Positions 1 through 10,432 of a stretch of 64,000 nt of DNA are shown here, in pieces. The stretch's first letter is position 1. Each line of letters opens with the position of its first letter. Location of the stretch: the NCBI RefSeq assembly GCF_000143415.4, contig NW_003314270.1, positions 2,163,048 to 2,227,047 of the forward strand, in the 5' to 3' direction. The stretch comes from Selaginella moellendorffii. Taxonomy: Eukaryota; Plantae; Lycopodiophyta. Made by a program: the position numbers and the translations under genes. The notes below the pieces were generated by a model. The model was given only the letters and a program-made list of their open reading frames with translations. It was not told the origin of the DNA and ran no database searches.

Positions 1-1
1 G

Positions 2-1379
2 GCAAGAGATCCAGCTTACGATCTCTCTCGCGGTTTCACCTCTCCATGCGATTGGGCCGCCTCGTTCGCCAAGAACGAATCGCAGGCTCTAGCCGGCTTT
101 GGCGTCGCCAGGAAATTCCAGTCGTCACGGTTACAGCAGCAGCCACTTCCCCTGAGATCCATCTTCACAGACAGTACGGTTCCAACGCTAGCTCGCCTCG
201 CTAATTCTCCAGCCACAAGGGATGATGGAGCGAACGAAATTTGTGCCAGGAATGGAGCCCCTAGCAGCGCGAATCCACAAGACCCAATCGATGGATTGGA
301 TCTTGGGCAAAGGCCCGAGGCGACGTCCGAGTCGGGCTGGACGGCCTACTTGGATATCTCCGTGGATTGGAACGCTTACAACAGTTTGTCGAGACATCTG
401 ATAAGACCCGGATCGATCGACGGTGGTGGGTCGATGGAGGACGAGTGGCGGGAAGATTCGTCCATGGAGTCGGACGCGTCCTCTGGTCCCGAGCAGCCCG
501 AGCTCCTCCGAAAGGAGGGGTTGAGGAGGAACGCTCTACGGGGGAAGAGAAAGTCGGCGGCGGTGAGGGAAACCAATCCGTGTTGCGTCGTCCGGGAGGG
601 CGATAATGATCTCGATGATACTTGCCAGTCGAATCTCAGCTGTGAGTCGGTCTCGGACGATCCGAGACCGGCTAGACGGCGATGCAAGAGAAGTAGAGTC
701 GGCGATGATCATCAACCAGCATTGTCACGGCCTCCTCAGGTAAATTAAAACATGGGAGTTTCTGATCTGGAAACTTATCATGGATGCTTCTCTTTGCAGG
801 TTGTAGATGAGCACTCGGATGAGAATGAGGTCGAGGTTGAGGCTGGCGAAGCCGAGATTTCCAGCCCTCCAAGCGTCAATGTAAGAAGCGAGCTTCTGCT
901 TCCGGGCTTTGATCGTTTCGTGGATTGACGCTTTTGTCTTCCTTCTCCACCAGATACACGAGAAAGCTGTAGATTCACGCTTGGAGTTGCTGCAGCACTT
1001 GATACCACATAGTAGTAGACAGGTACGGGGCGATCTGGTTTGGCTCTTGAGAAGCGCGCTAAGTATTCCGTGTTTGTGTAAACCATTTGCAGCTGGATGA
1101 AGAGCAAGTGCTAGAAGTCGCGATCGACTACGTGAAAAGTCTGGAAGAGGAGATCAAGGTAGAGCTCCTTGGCTGCTGCGAGCGATCCTAGCGGAAGTTC
1201 TAAGCTTTGTTTTGCCTTCTCAGATGTTTGGAGCTTCAAAGGATGGATTGAGCAGCGAGCAATCTGCCTCCGCTGGCGATAGCGCAATGACCTCGCAGAG
1301 TTGCCAAGCTGCAAGTGCGTTGCAGGACAAGGGCATTTGCATGTTCCCACTGTCAATGGTGGTGGCAACGACAACATGA
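2..1379 (+). CDS. 5'-truncated VUP1/SOB-FIVE-LIKE motif protein with an atypical (non-basic) HLH domain; exons <2-739, 800-880, 954-1022, 1093-1158, 1224-1379
   Basis: Frame open from base 2. Motifs ESGWTAYL, SMESDASSGP and LDDT. Four phase-0 GT-AG introns join HLH helices (VDSRLELLQHLIPHSSRQ / LDEEQVLEVAIDYVKSLEEEIK) and a final exon ending LQDKGICMFPLSMVVATTT*. Confidence 0.8.
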
Positions 1380-3480
1380 CGCAACGATCAGTCCTTTTGT
1401 ATGATGCATTGCTGCTGCTGCTGAGCTCCTTGTACCAGTGCCAAGTTATAATGCTCTTCTTTTTTGGTGCCAAGATCATCCACTGATCCAACAGAAAAGG
1501 GTATCATCGATGTCTTGGTTTGTAAAACAAGAATGTCTTGCTGCTTCCCAGTTTGCTGGAGCAAGAAGCATGGGCACAACACACAACACACAAATCCTTT
1601 TTGATCTCAAGCTCAACTTGTATCTTGTGTCAACTGTTAAAAAGAGGAAAGAACACCTTGCTCTTTATCTCTGGTTGGTAAGCAGATCTACACCTGCCTT
1701 TTGTTCTCATGCATGACAACACCACACACAAAACAGTGCAAGCGAAAATTTAGAAAGGTACCCACATCATATGTAATGTGTGAGTGCATGTTTGAAGCAA
1801 CAGCCAGGTAAAGTCAGGAAGGATCAAACAAGAGTTAAAACTCTTTTCTGAATGCAGCCATTCACCCAGGCAGCCATGCATGCATAAGCATTAACAACAT
1901 CCCCAATAAAGTAGGGATGATGAAACAGTACTTACTAGAAGGTAGGCTGAGCCCAGCTCTGGAGCAGCAAAATAACACAGGCTTTGAATTTGTTTGCATT
2001 CTTCTTGTGAGTGCTGCAGGCAGGGAGGCAGGAGGGGCAGGGCAGGGAGGGGGGGCAATGAAGGGAATATAAACTCATTCTATCTCCTTGTTTTTGCATT
2101 GCTCTTGTGGGAGAAGAGGAAGATGTGGATGTAGACCTACCTAACCCCTTCCTGGGGGACAATGCTAACACTGTTACTCCTGGTATGTCAAATTCCTGGC
2201 ATGGATGCTTATATGATACTGAATAAAAAAAATGCCAAAACAGTATGTTATGTGTCATATGGGCTTCTATTCTATGCCTCATAATCTGTTTGGAATCATG
2301 CACAATTTGGGGGAGGGACTGGTGGTGGTGCTGGTTTGAATTTCAGGCCCTCCACCATCATGATCACCATCACCTTGTGAGGAATATGACAGTGAGGTGT
2401 GCCTGGCATGGGCTAGCTTGTTGCATGTGCAATGCTGGCCTGTTCTCTGCTCCCTCATCCCTCTTTCACTCCTTTCAGTCTTGTGGCGTCAATGGAGGTA
2501 AAAGATTTGGTGGTGCTGTGTTGTGAGAACAGTGGTGGTTGACTCCTTCCTAACTGAACATGAACTGCTAAAAAAGCACTAAAGGAAAAGAAAAGAAAAA
2601 AAGAAAAAAAGAAACAACAAACAGCCAATCTCTGCCTCTGTCTCCCGATTCTGGGGCCACGGCAAAATCTCCAAAAGCCTGCTGCTGCCACTGCGCGTTC
2701 TCAGGGCAGCGAGCGAGAGTTTCACATACACACAGAGATCCAGAGCATATGCTACCTCTTGGTTTCCCTCACTGTCACTTGTTACCCAGGGAAGGATTTT
2801 TACAGCTCCTCCTTCCTGCCTGAGCGCCGAGCATGGGGCACGATGGCATGCCCATGCATGCGACATCGCACTCAAGGAATTGAATTTGGGGGTGGGGGGT
2901 GCTTCAAGCCTCGTTTGTTCCCTCTTTTGTTTGGTAGCTAAATTCACACTAAAAAGAAAATATCCACCGGTCAGCAGCAGCACAGCAGCAACAACAACTT
3001 TGGTACGATTGTGTTTCCGGCCAGCCAGCGACCTACCTATATATTCCCCCCTTTCAATTCCGTCAACTTGTTGCCACTAATTGCTAATGCATTAAGTCCA
3101 TGCTGTACCACCACCACCTTGGCCCTATAGACACACTCCATACAGCTCAGCCCCTCTGTTTCTCTCTCTCATTGGAGAGATAGGCAGTAAGGAAGATCTC
3201 ACAGGATCTCAGCACTGCAAAGACAAAGATACACACACGCACACTCTCTCTAGTATAAATTGCTTAGCTAGCTATTGCTTTGCTTGTCAATCTCTCTAAT
3301 ACTACTTACTTACCTCAGTGATGTTCATGTTATAAGCCATAGCTAGCCAATCCCACTAGGAGCATGAGACAATGTCCCCCAGGGACAAAGAGAAAAGGAA
3401 ACGCAAAGGCTTACATTTTTTGTTCTTGATCTTGTGAAGGCTGTGCTATGCGATTGTACACATTTGGTTGTTGTTGTGTT

Positions 3481-5379
3481 TCACTGGATGGCAGCATATA
3501 ACTCTTGTTCCCTTTTTGAGGCACTCAGCTGGAGCATGGGCCAGAAAAACGGTCAGCAAGCAAAACAACAAACCAAAACAAAGAGAAGCTTACGAGTTGC
3601 ATGAGTTGATCGTCTGTTATACCCGCGGGAGCCTCTGTCATGTGGAGTTGTCTGAGTTTCTTGTCGATTTCCTGGCGGCCACGGGTTGTTCAGTGAAAAA
3701 CTCGAGGCGAGACACTTATGTTACCTCCATTTTTTCTTCGTACTCTCGCCTCTCCTTCAGCTCCCCTAAGTAGTCCTCCACAACTGTAGTTCCTGCGAAA
3801 GGCTCGAGTGCTCTTGACAAAGCTTCATGATGCACGGAGAACTCCTCTGACTTGGTCCGAGATTCGCCATTCTCGAAATACGACTTCCTCTTGGGCGTGG
3901 ACACTGAAACAGAAAAACGCGAGTTTGTGAGTGCGTGAATATTTTGATAGAATGCTGGAGAGAATTTAATCTCTTGGAATACCTTGTGCACGGATAAAGT
4001 TTACCTGAAGCCATGGGAGACAATGACGGACATCCAGGCATCAAAGTTTTGCTATTTGGAGTAGAAGCTGCAAACAAAAACTGCGTCAGCCACCAATATT
4101 GAAGAACCAAAATAGAAAAAACAAGACGTACACGACGCCATGGGTGAAATGGAATAATAGCTGTGGCTCTCTTTGTAAGGGTCTAGCCTGCAGTCTATCT
4201 CTGCCAGGCGAACGGCCTCTTGGCCCTCCACATCAAAGGCCTGCTCCAAATTCTTTTAGTGCGAGCATACCAGCGTCGAGTGTTAAAAAATACCGTTGAG
4301 ACATGCGAGATAACACTGCTATTATCCCCATCGTCGTCAACAATGTCTTGCTGGCGAAGCAATTCTTCCACCATCGCTTCCTCCTCTGGCTGGAAAAACA
4401 AAACAGCTAGTTATAGAGCAATCTGACCGAGTAAAACACGCTCACCGTGAGCCTGAAGTACCTCGCACTTGGTCCTAGAAGAATATTTCTTAAAACATGA
4501 CCTTGTTTCTCAGGATGCAAGGCGTCTAGATTTTCCAGAGATCGCTTAAGTTTCGCATATCTTCGTCGTCTCTTCCTCTCATCCCTGAGAAGAACAGATA
4601 CTCTCAACAGGCTTTCGAACAAGTTACTCTCTTACCTCAGCTTTCTTGATGCATCGGACTCATATTCTCTACCGCCGAGACGGCGATTTCTGGCTCCTCG
4701 CTCCAGCTCTTGAAGCTTCATATCCAGCATAGTGATCGTCTCTAGACTGCTCCAACCATTTAAGTACAATAGATAAATCTACTCAAGTCTTACCCACGGT
4801 TGATCTTGTCGGCTTCTTCAGGTTTTAGCTTGTCCTTCTGTCCTAAAAATTCCGGGAAAAAACAGTCATGCTTAGTGACAAGAAAGAAAGAAAGAAAAAT
4901 TCCCTGCCGGATCACCTGGTCGAGATTCTTGAGCCGTCTCCGGCTCTTCTTCTTCATGTCCTCGACGAAAACTTCCATTTCCATAATAAACGTTCTTCGC
5001 GGACCCCCATCAAATCGCGCATTTCCATTTTCCTCGCAACCTTGAACGATCGCCAAAGATGATGAGGCATTCTCCACGATCGGCTCCTCCGGATAAGAGA
5101 CTGGAACAATCGCCAAGGCATCCTGATTGGAAGCGTCGCCGTCGGCAGCAGCAGCTGATCCAGGCACTAGACACGACCGCATTCTCAATCCACTCTAAAG
5201 AGCCAAGAAAAAAAAAAGAAATCCTTGCCTGGATCTTCCTCTCGCTGCAATGCAGCTGCGCAATCGCCATCATCAGGCCGATGCAAGAAGGAATCCAAGA
5301 TCCTCGTGACCACCGCGTACTCGTCCTCGTCCTCGTCGTCGCCCAGCCCTAATTCTGGACTATCGTCGTCCATTTCCAT
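3481..5379 (-). CDS. multi-exon protein of unknown function (acidic N-terminus, charged/coiled-coil segments)
   Basis: Chain of minus-strand ORF pieces bounded by GT-AG sites, from ATG 5379 (MEMDDDSPELGLGDDEDED) to a final exon LSASKREQELYAAIQ* ending at 3481. No family recognised; internal exon boundaries not all resolved. Confidence 0.55.
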
Positions 5380-5583
5380 CCAAGAACCCTAAAATATTTC
5401 TCTTGGGGGGCACTTTTTTTATCGCCGTGCCGGGGCAAATGCAGCGACGCGCCATGGCGAGAGCGGCGCGGCGGCATTGTCACAGAGGTACAAGATCGCC
5501 TCGCCAGTGCTAGGGTTTTGATTCCGCAACGCAGGCGTCGCGAGATCTATGGAATGGTAGCCGATTGATGTGTAAGATCCATC

Positions 5584-7595
5584 ATGTCCTGGCAAAAGGA
5601 AGTGGCCAACATCAAGCTCCAGATGAAGCTGTCCAAGCGGCGATGGCTGGCCTGGACGCTGGGATTGCTCCTCCTGGTCAGCCTCTCCACGCTGGGCGGC
5701 ATCATCGCGTACCACTACACGCCCACTCACATCACGCCCTGTGAAGTCTTGGGGACTGATTTGTGTAGAATTGCGCTGCTCGCTCCGCCGGCTCCTCCTC
5801 CGCCCAGGCCCTGGTTGAACAAGAGCGACACCGAGATTGCGGAGTTTGCTCTTGCGGTGGATCTCAAGCACCAGAGCTTTCGAGCGCAGTCGGGTCCCTC
5901 CAAGGTGGCCTTCTTGTTCTTGACGGCTGGCGCCTTGCCTTTCGAGCTCCTCTGGGAGCGCTTTTTCAAAGTAAGTTTCCTGTTCCTTCTTTTTTTCTTG
6001 TGCCTTTCACTTTTTATTTTCGTTCCTTTGCGGGGATCGTCTTTTCTCGTTTTTGTTTGCTTGTTTCTCGCTAGTGTGCTTGCATGGATTCTTGTAGGCA
6101 GGGTCTCTAACTTCTTCCGCGCAGTTATAGAATAAGTGTTGACTCCAAAAACAAAACTTTTTTCTGCCAGGGAAACGAAGGCTTGTATTCCATCTACGTG
6201 CATGCCTCGGACACGGCCATCAACAAGAAGGTTGTGTGGAAGACCGATTTGTTTCGCTCACGAATGATCCGCTCCCAAAAGGTATGGGTTTTACGTCTCC
6301 GTTGCCTCGGAATCACAAGCATTTTCCTTCGTTCTGTTTTTTACATTCTCGTGTGCCTGGCGACAGGTGCAATGGGGCAACATCAACATGATCGATGCGG
6401 AGAGGCGACTCCTCACTCACGCCGTTCTCGATCAGAACAATGCCTACTTCGTTCTTCTTTCCGACACGTAAGTCTCTCCGCCACAAGTTCCTTGTGTTGA
6501 TCGAGTCAATTGTCAGGTGTGTACCGCTCCATAGCTTCCGCTACACGTACAATCATTTATTGAACTTCAGTGGTAGCTTTGTCGACTGGTAAAAAAGCTT
6601 CTCCTTTCCTCTTTGTTTCTGGAGAATATTTAATGGTGGCCGTGACTGGCACAGCTTCGACGACCCTGGCCCCCATGGGAGGGGAAGATACATGGGCTAC
6701 ATGTCCCCACAAGTAGAGCAATGGGAATGGAGAAAAGGTGCACAGGTTTGTGCTGCTCAAATGCTTCAATTATCTTACAATGCAGTTTAACGACAGAATA
6801 AACGTCTCTCAGTGGTTTGCAGTACAGCGGCATCATGCTCTTATGGTCATCGCTGATCACGTGTATTATCGAAAGTTTAAACTGTTCTGCAAGGTAAAGG
6901 AGCGTCGCATTTGCTACTCTTCGATGCCCATGCTCACTTGATCCTTTTCTTCCTCGTCTTGTTTTGCAGCCGGGTGACAACAACCGGAACTGCTACCCGG
7001 ACGAGCATTACTTGCAAACATTCCTCTTCGTAAGCGAACATCCATTTGCTGCTCCAGTTCTCTCACACGATCATCCATTTCCAGATTATGGATTCGGCAG
7101 GGATAGCAAACTGGACAGTCACTCACGTCGACTGGTCCGAAGGCAAATGGCACCCGAAATCATATACTAAAGCAGACGTAACTGCGGAGAAACTGCGGCA
7201 GCTCCAGGTACTCCTCCCTTGCTGCTTCGGTCTCCTGTTTTCTCTCCTCGCAACAGTTGCAAAAGCTCATTCGTTCGTGTCACTGATCTTACCTGTGCCT
7301 GTGCGTGCTTCCATCCAGATGATTGACGAATATGTGCACAAGACAAGTACTGCAAAGGTATGATTGAATCGATTCGCAATCTCTAAAAGCTGTGCGCGCC
7401 TAACTCGGATCCTCTTTTCCTTTTCTTCTTTTTTTTTATCTCTTACAGGCTGTGGTAACGAGAACTCCGTGTATATGGAATGGCGAGCGGCGGCCGTGTT
7501 TTTTATTCGCGCGAAAGTTCCTTCCAGAGACGGCCCAAGCTTTGCTCAAGATCTTGCCCAACTCGACGTGGGAAAAATCGCCACCATTATTGTAG
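5584..7595 (+). CDS. Core-2/I-branching beta-1,6-GlcNAc-transferase family (GT14-like, DUF266, BC10-like) type II membrane glycosyltransferase
   Basis: N-terminal TM segment; motifs KVAFLFLT, YSIYVHAS, VQWGNINMIDAERRLL, FVLLSDTCVPL, WRKGAQWF, NCYPDEHY, VDWSEGKWHP and CFLFARKF spread over short GT-AG-separated exons; stop TAG 7593-7595. Confidence 0.92.
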
Positions 7596-7830
7596 AGTGT
7601 TGTCAAAAGAATCGCAATGAGAAATACCAAAGAAACGAATAGAATGGAAAGAAAATATAATTTAAACAAAAAAACCAGAGGAGGAATGGCCACGTGTCAT
7701 GACACGTAGGCATGCCACATGGGCATATGCGGCGACATGAAGCGTGCAGCTTCATGTCGCCGCATCTCAATTAATAAAAAAGAAATGTTTTTTCTCCCCC
7801 TTCGTCTATCATCAGGGTTGTGTTTTTCTT

Positions 7831-7834
<4 letters not shown>

Positions 7835-7870
<36 letters not shown>
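7835..7870. repeat. (TC)18 microsatellite upstream of the LBD start codon
   Basis: Read directly from the sequence. Confidence 0.95.
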
Positions 7871-7874
<4 letters not shown>

Positions 7875-7998
7875 TCTCGCAGCTGATTTGCCACCGCCGC
7901 TCGCTCGCCCGCTCGCTCGATCGCGCGCATTTCTCCCTACTCTTTCTCGCCGCGATTTTGATGGTCTGACTGGGTGTGAGGAACGAGAGGGCGTCGCC

Positions 7999-9457
7999 AT
8001 GAGCTGCAATGGGTGCCGGGTTCTGCGCAAGGGCTGCAGCGATGGCTGCGTTCTCCGGCAGTGCCTGCGATGGATCGAGAGCCCCGATGCGCAGGGCCAC
8101 GCCACGGTCTTCGTCGCCAAATTCTTCGGCCGCGCGGGGATGATGGCGCTGATAAGCTCCGTCCCGGAGAATCAAAGACCCGGTAAAGTAAATATACTTG
8201 ATGGAGAGCCTCATGGTTTTTTGGGAGTTCTCTTTAGAGATTATTCTGTGCGAATTCTTTTGCCAGGATGATCGGTTGTTCTTGTGAGTGCATGCATGGA
8301 AGAGTTATTCCTTCCTGGCTCAAGATGTTGCGTGCTCTTAGTATAGCTTGCAAGTTTCCTCTTGGAACCTTTGGTTTATGGTGTTTAAAATTGATCTCCA
8401 TGCAGCATTGTTCCAGTCTCTCCTCTACGAGGCATGCGGCCGGACCATAAATCCCGTGTTTGGAGCTGTGGGGCTGCTGTGCTCGGGCAGCTGGAAGCAC
8501 TGCCAGGACGCGGTGGAGACGGTGCTCAAAGGGGGCTTGCTTTGCTCCCCGGCTTCCACTGGCACCGGAAGGCCCTCCAGCGCCTTCGGCACCGGAAGGC
8601 CCTCCATCGGCTTCGTCACCCCCTCCCAGTCCCAGCAAGCTTTCGCGTCCGGAAGGCTTCCCAAAGTTCGTCTCGGGAGAGGCTACTTCAGCACTGTCAC
8701 CGCCGCTGCGGCTGGAGCCTTCTCCATCTACAGTTGCACCAAGAACACCAACAATGACAACTCCGCCACCAATGCGCAAGGGTTCTCGCTCGACGGCTCC
8801 AAGTTCGCGGGAGTGAAGCGGGCGCTGGATCGCGACAGCAGCGAGAGCAGCAGCTTTGCGAGCCTCCAGCGGAGGCATCGCTCGGCCGCGACAACCTTAA
8901 AGGTGGAGCTCCAAGAACAGGAGGAACCGGACGAGCACTTTTACGAGGACGAGGATCGGGGCGTGGAGCGCCGAGGATCGGGAGGTGGCGTTGTCCACGA
9001 TCGTCGTCCCCACGCGATGGCGTGTGGCTCTGGTCGTCGCGACCACCACGCGGAGGAAAACGACGGCGGAGCTGCCGCGGCAGTGGTGGTGGAGGAAGGG
9101 TGGCGGCCAGGCGGCGACGAAGTTGGGCTGGACCTCACCTTGGGCTCGTCCTCATCCAAGATGAGCTCCAAGAGCAGCCATCGTCACCTTGTCGCGAGCT
9201 CGAGTGTCGCCGCGAAGCGGACAAGCCCCGCGAGTCCTTGTCACAGCTCCGAGGCAGATTCCGACACTACAGATTTGTCCATTTCGATGCAGTCCCAATC
9301 CAACACAGTGGCAGCAAGAGCGTTGCCACCACCACCACCACCACCACTGCCATCACGGCCAACAACACCACCATCACCACCACCGAGAACAGCTCAAGAA
9401 GTTTTGAGCCCCACGGCAGCCAAGGGTGATCTGCTGCTCATGGATCTTCTTCACTGA
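7999..9457 (+). CDS. LBD: class II LOB-domain (LBD37/38/39-like) transcription factor; exons 7999-8182, 8406-9457
   Basis: [22 protein letters not shown]...[16 protein letters not shown]...P|[18 protein letters not shown]; LDLTL EAR-like motif and C-terminal LLMDLL. Confidence 0.93.
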
Positions 9458-9776
9458 GCTCCACAGGTGCGTGATTCTCTCGTCTGATTCTTTCAAATCT
9501 GACAGAAGCGTATATCAGGTGGGACGCACACAAGTCTTGTCAAAAGATCTCCATGCCCGGCCAGTGCGTCTCATCGTAGAAGTTCTTACTAAAGTATAGC
9601 GAGTCTGATTTAAGATGCGAGAGAAGGTTTATGACAAGCAAAAATTTTGTAGCTTGTGTTCTTCCAAGTTTCTTATTATTAATCTCTTTTTTTGTTCTTT
9701 ACTTCCACTCTTTACTTCCACCACTGGGAATCAGTGGTGGTTCCAGGGTCGGCCTTTGATTGACTGATTGATTTTT

Positions 9777-9935
9777 TTTTCTCTGGGTGGTGGTCCCTCA
9801 CATATATGCGCTCGGGGGCCTTTGTAAAGCCTTGGGTCACGAGGAATAATTCAATCCGCCAGGATTCCAGCAATGATCCGCGACCAAATTGCGAGACTAG
9901 TGGGGGCCTGTATCGCAAAACTGGAGCTCGATTTC
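9777..9935 (-). ncRNA. candidate structured snoRNA, possibly snR30/U17-like
   Basis: Terminal hairpin carries UUAUUCCU (9849-9842, m1-like) and GGACCAC (9796-9790, m2-like) exactly 7 nt before an AGA box (9782-9780). An upstream hairpin (UCCAG..CUGGA) is present. No canonical H box found; 5' end uncertain. Confidence 0.35.
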
Positions 9936-9980
9936 TCGGTTTAAGGCAAATAGACTTAGATAAAACAGGGGAGAGATTTT

Positions 9981-10118
9981 CAATGTAGCAACCCAACGTC
10001 CCTCCAATGCAAAGTCGCAGTGGAGGGATAGCGAGGGCTGCAAGGAAAATTTTGCTTCCAGGGAACGGGCCTTCCGGAAATGAGGGTATTACCAGAGGCC
10101 AGCAAAATAAAGAAGCCA
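9981..10118 (-). ncRNA. box H/ACA snoRNA with two pockets targeting 25S rRNA (sites equivalent to yeast Psi2944 and Psi2880)
   Basis: Hairpin 1: GCUUCU/GGAAGC lower stem, pocket GCU + CGUUCCCU, variant H box AAAAUU after a 14-nt spacer. Hairpin 2: GCAGCCC/GGGUUGC lower stem, pocket UCGCUAU + ACGUU, then ACA-UUG. The pockets fit conserved LSU sequences AGGGAACG-U-G-AGC and AGCGU-U-C-AUAGCGA (recalled rRNA sequence). Confidence 0.8.
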
Positions 10119-10293
10119 AACACTCGACAAACCAATCCAATCCAAGTGAATTTGCGACTGAAGAGCGCGTGAATCCACACGGGGAGTGATCCGCGCGGAT
10201 GGATCTGCGACCAGCAGCGCCTGATTCTAAGCGCACTGAGTTTGATCGCGTGCCACAGAGAAATCACAGGCGATATCGGATGAGCGCTATGAA

Positions 10294-10335
10294 GAACCCT
10301 AGCGGCCGCTAGGGCTTGGGGGAGAGCTATATATT
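10294..10335 (-). promoter_or_regulatory. TATA box and telo-box-like elements, probable promoter of the snoRNA locus (head-to-head with EXECUTER)
   Basis: TATATA at 10328-10333; AACCCTAG / CTAGGGCTT inverted pair at 10295-10317. Confidence 0.5.
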
Positions 10336-10432
10336 GGAATGGACGGAGCAGATCGTCTGGGATAATTGACGGTGGTGATCTTCGTTTCATATGGATGAGG
10401 GGGATTAGGGTTTATACCAGGGAAGAGGGGAA

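Noticed and set aside
2805-2885. Imperfect hairpin as a possible miRNA precursor
   Set aside because: Bulged pairing and no match to conserved plant miRNAs I recognise.
10340-10365. ATCCCAGACG (minus strand) as an snRNA-type USE
   Set aside because: Mismatched to RTCCCACATCG and closer to the TATA box than canonical Pol II or Pol III spacing.
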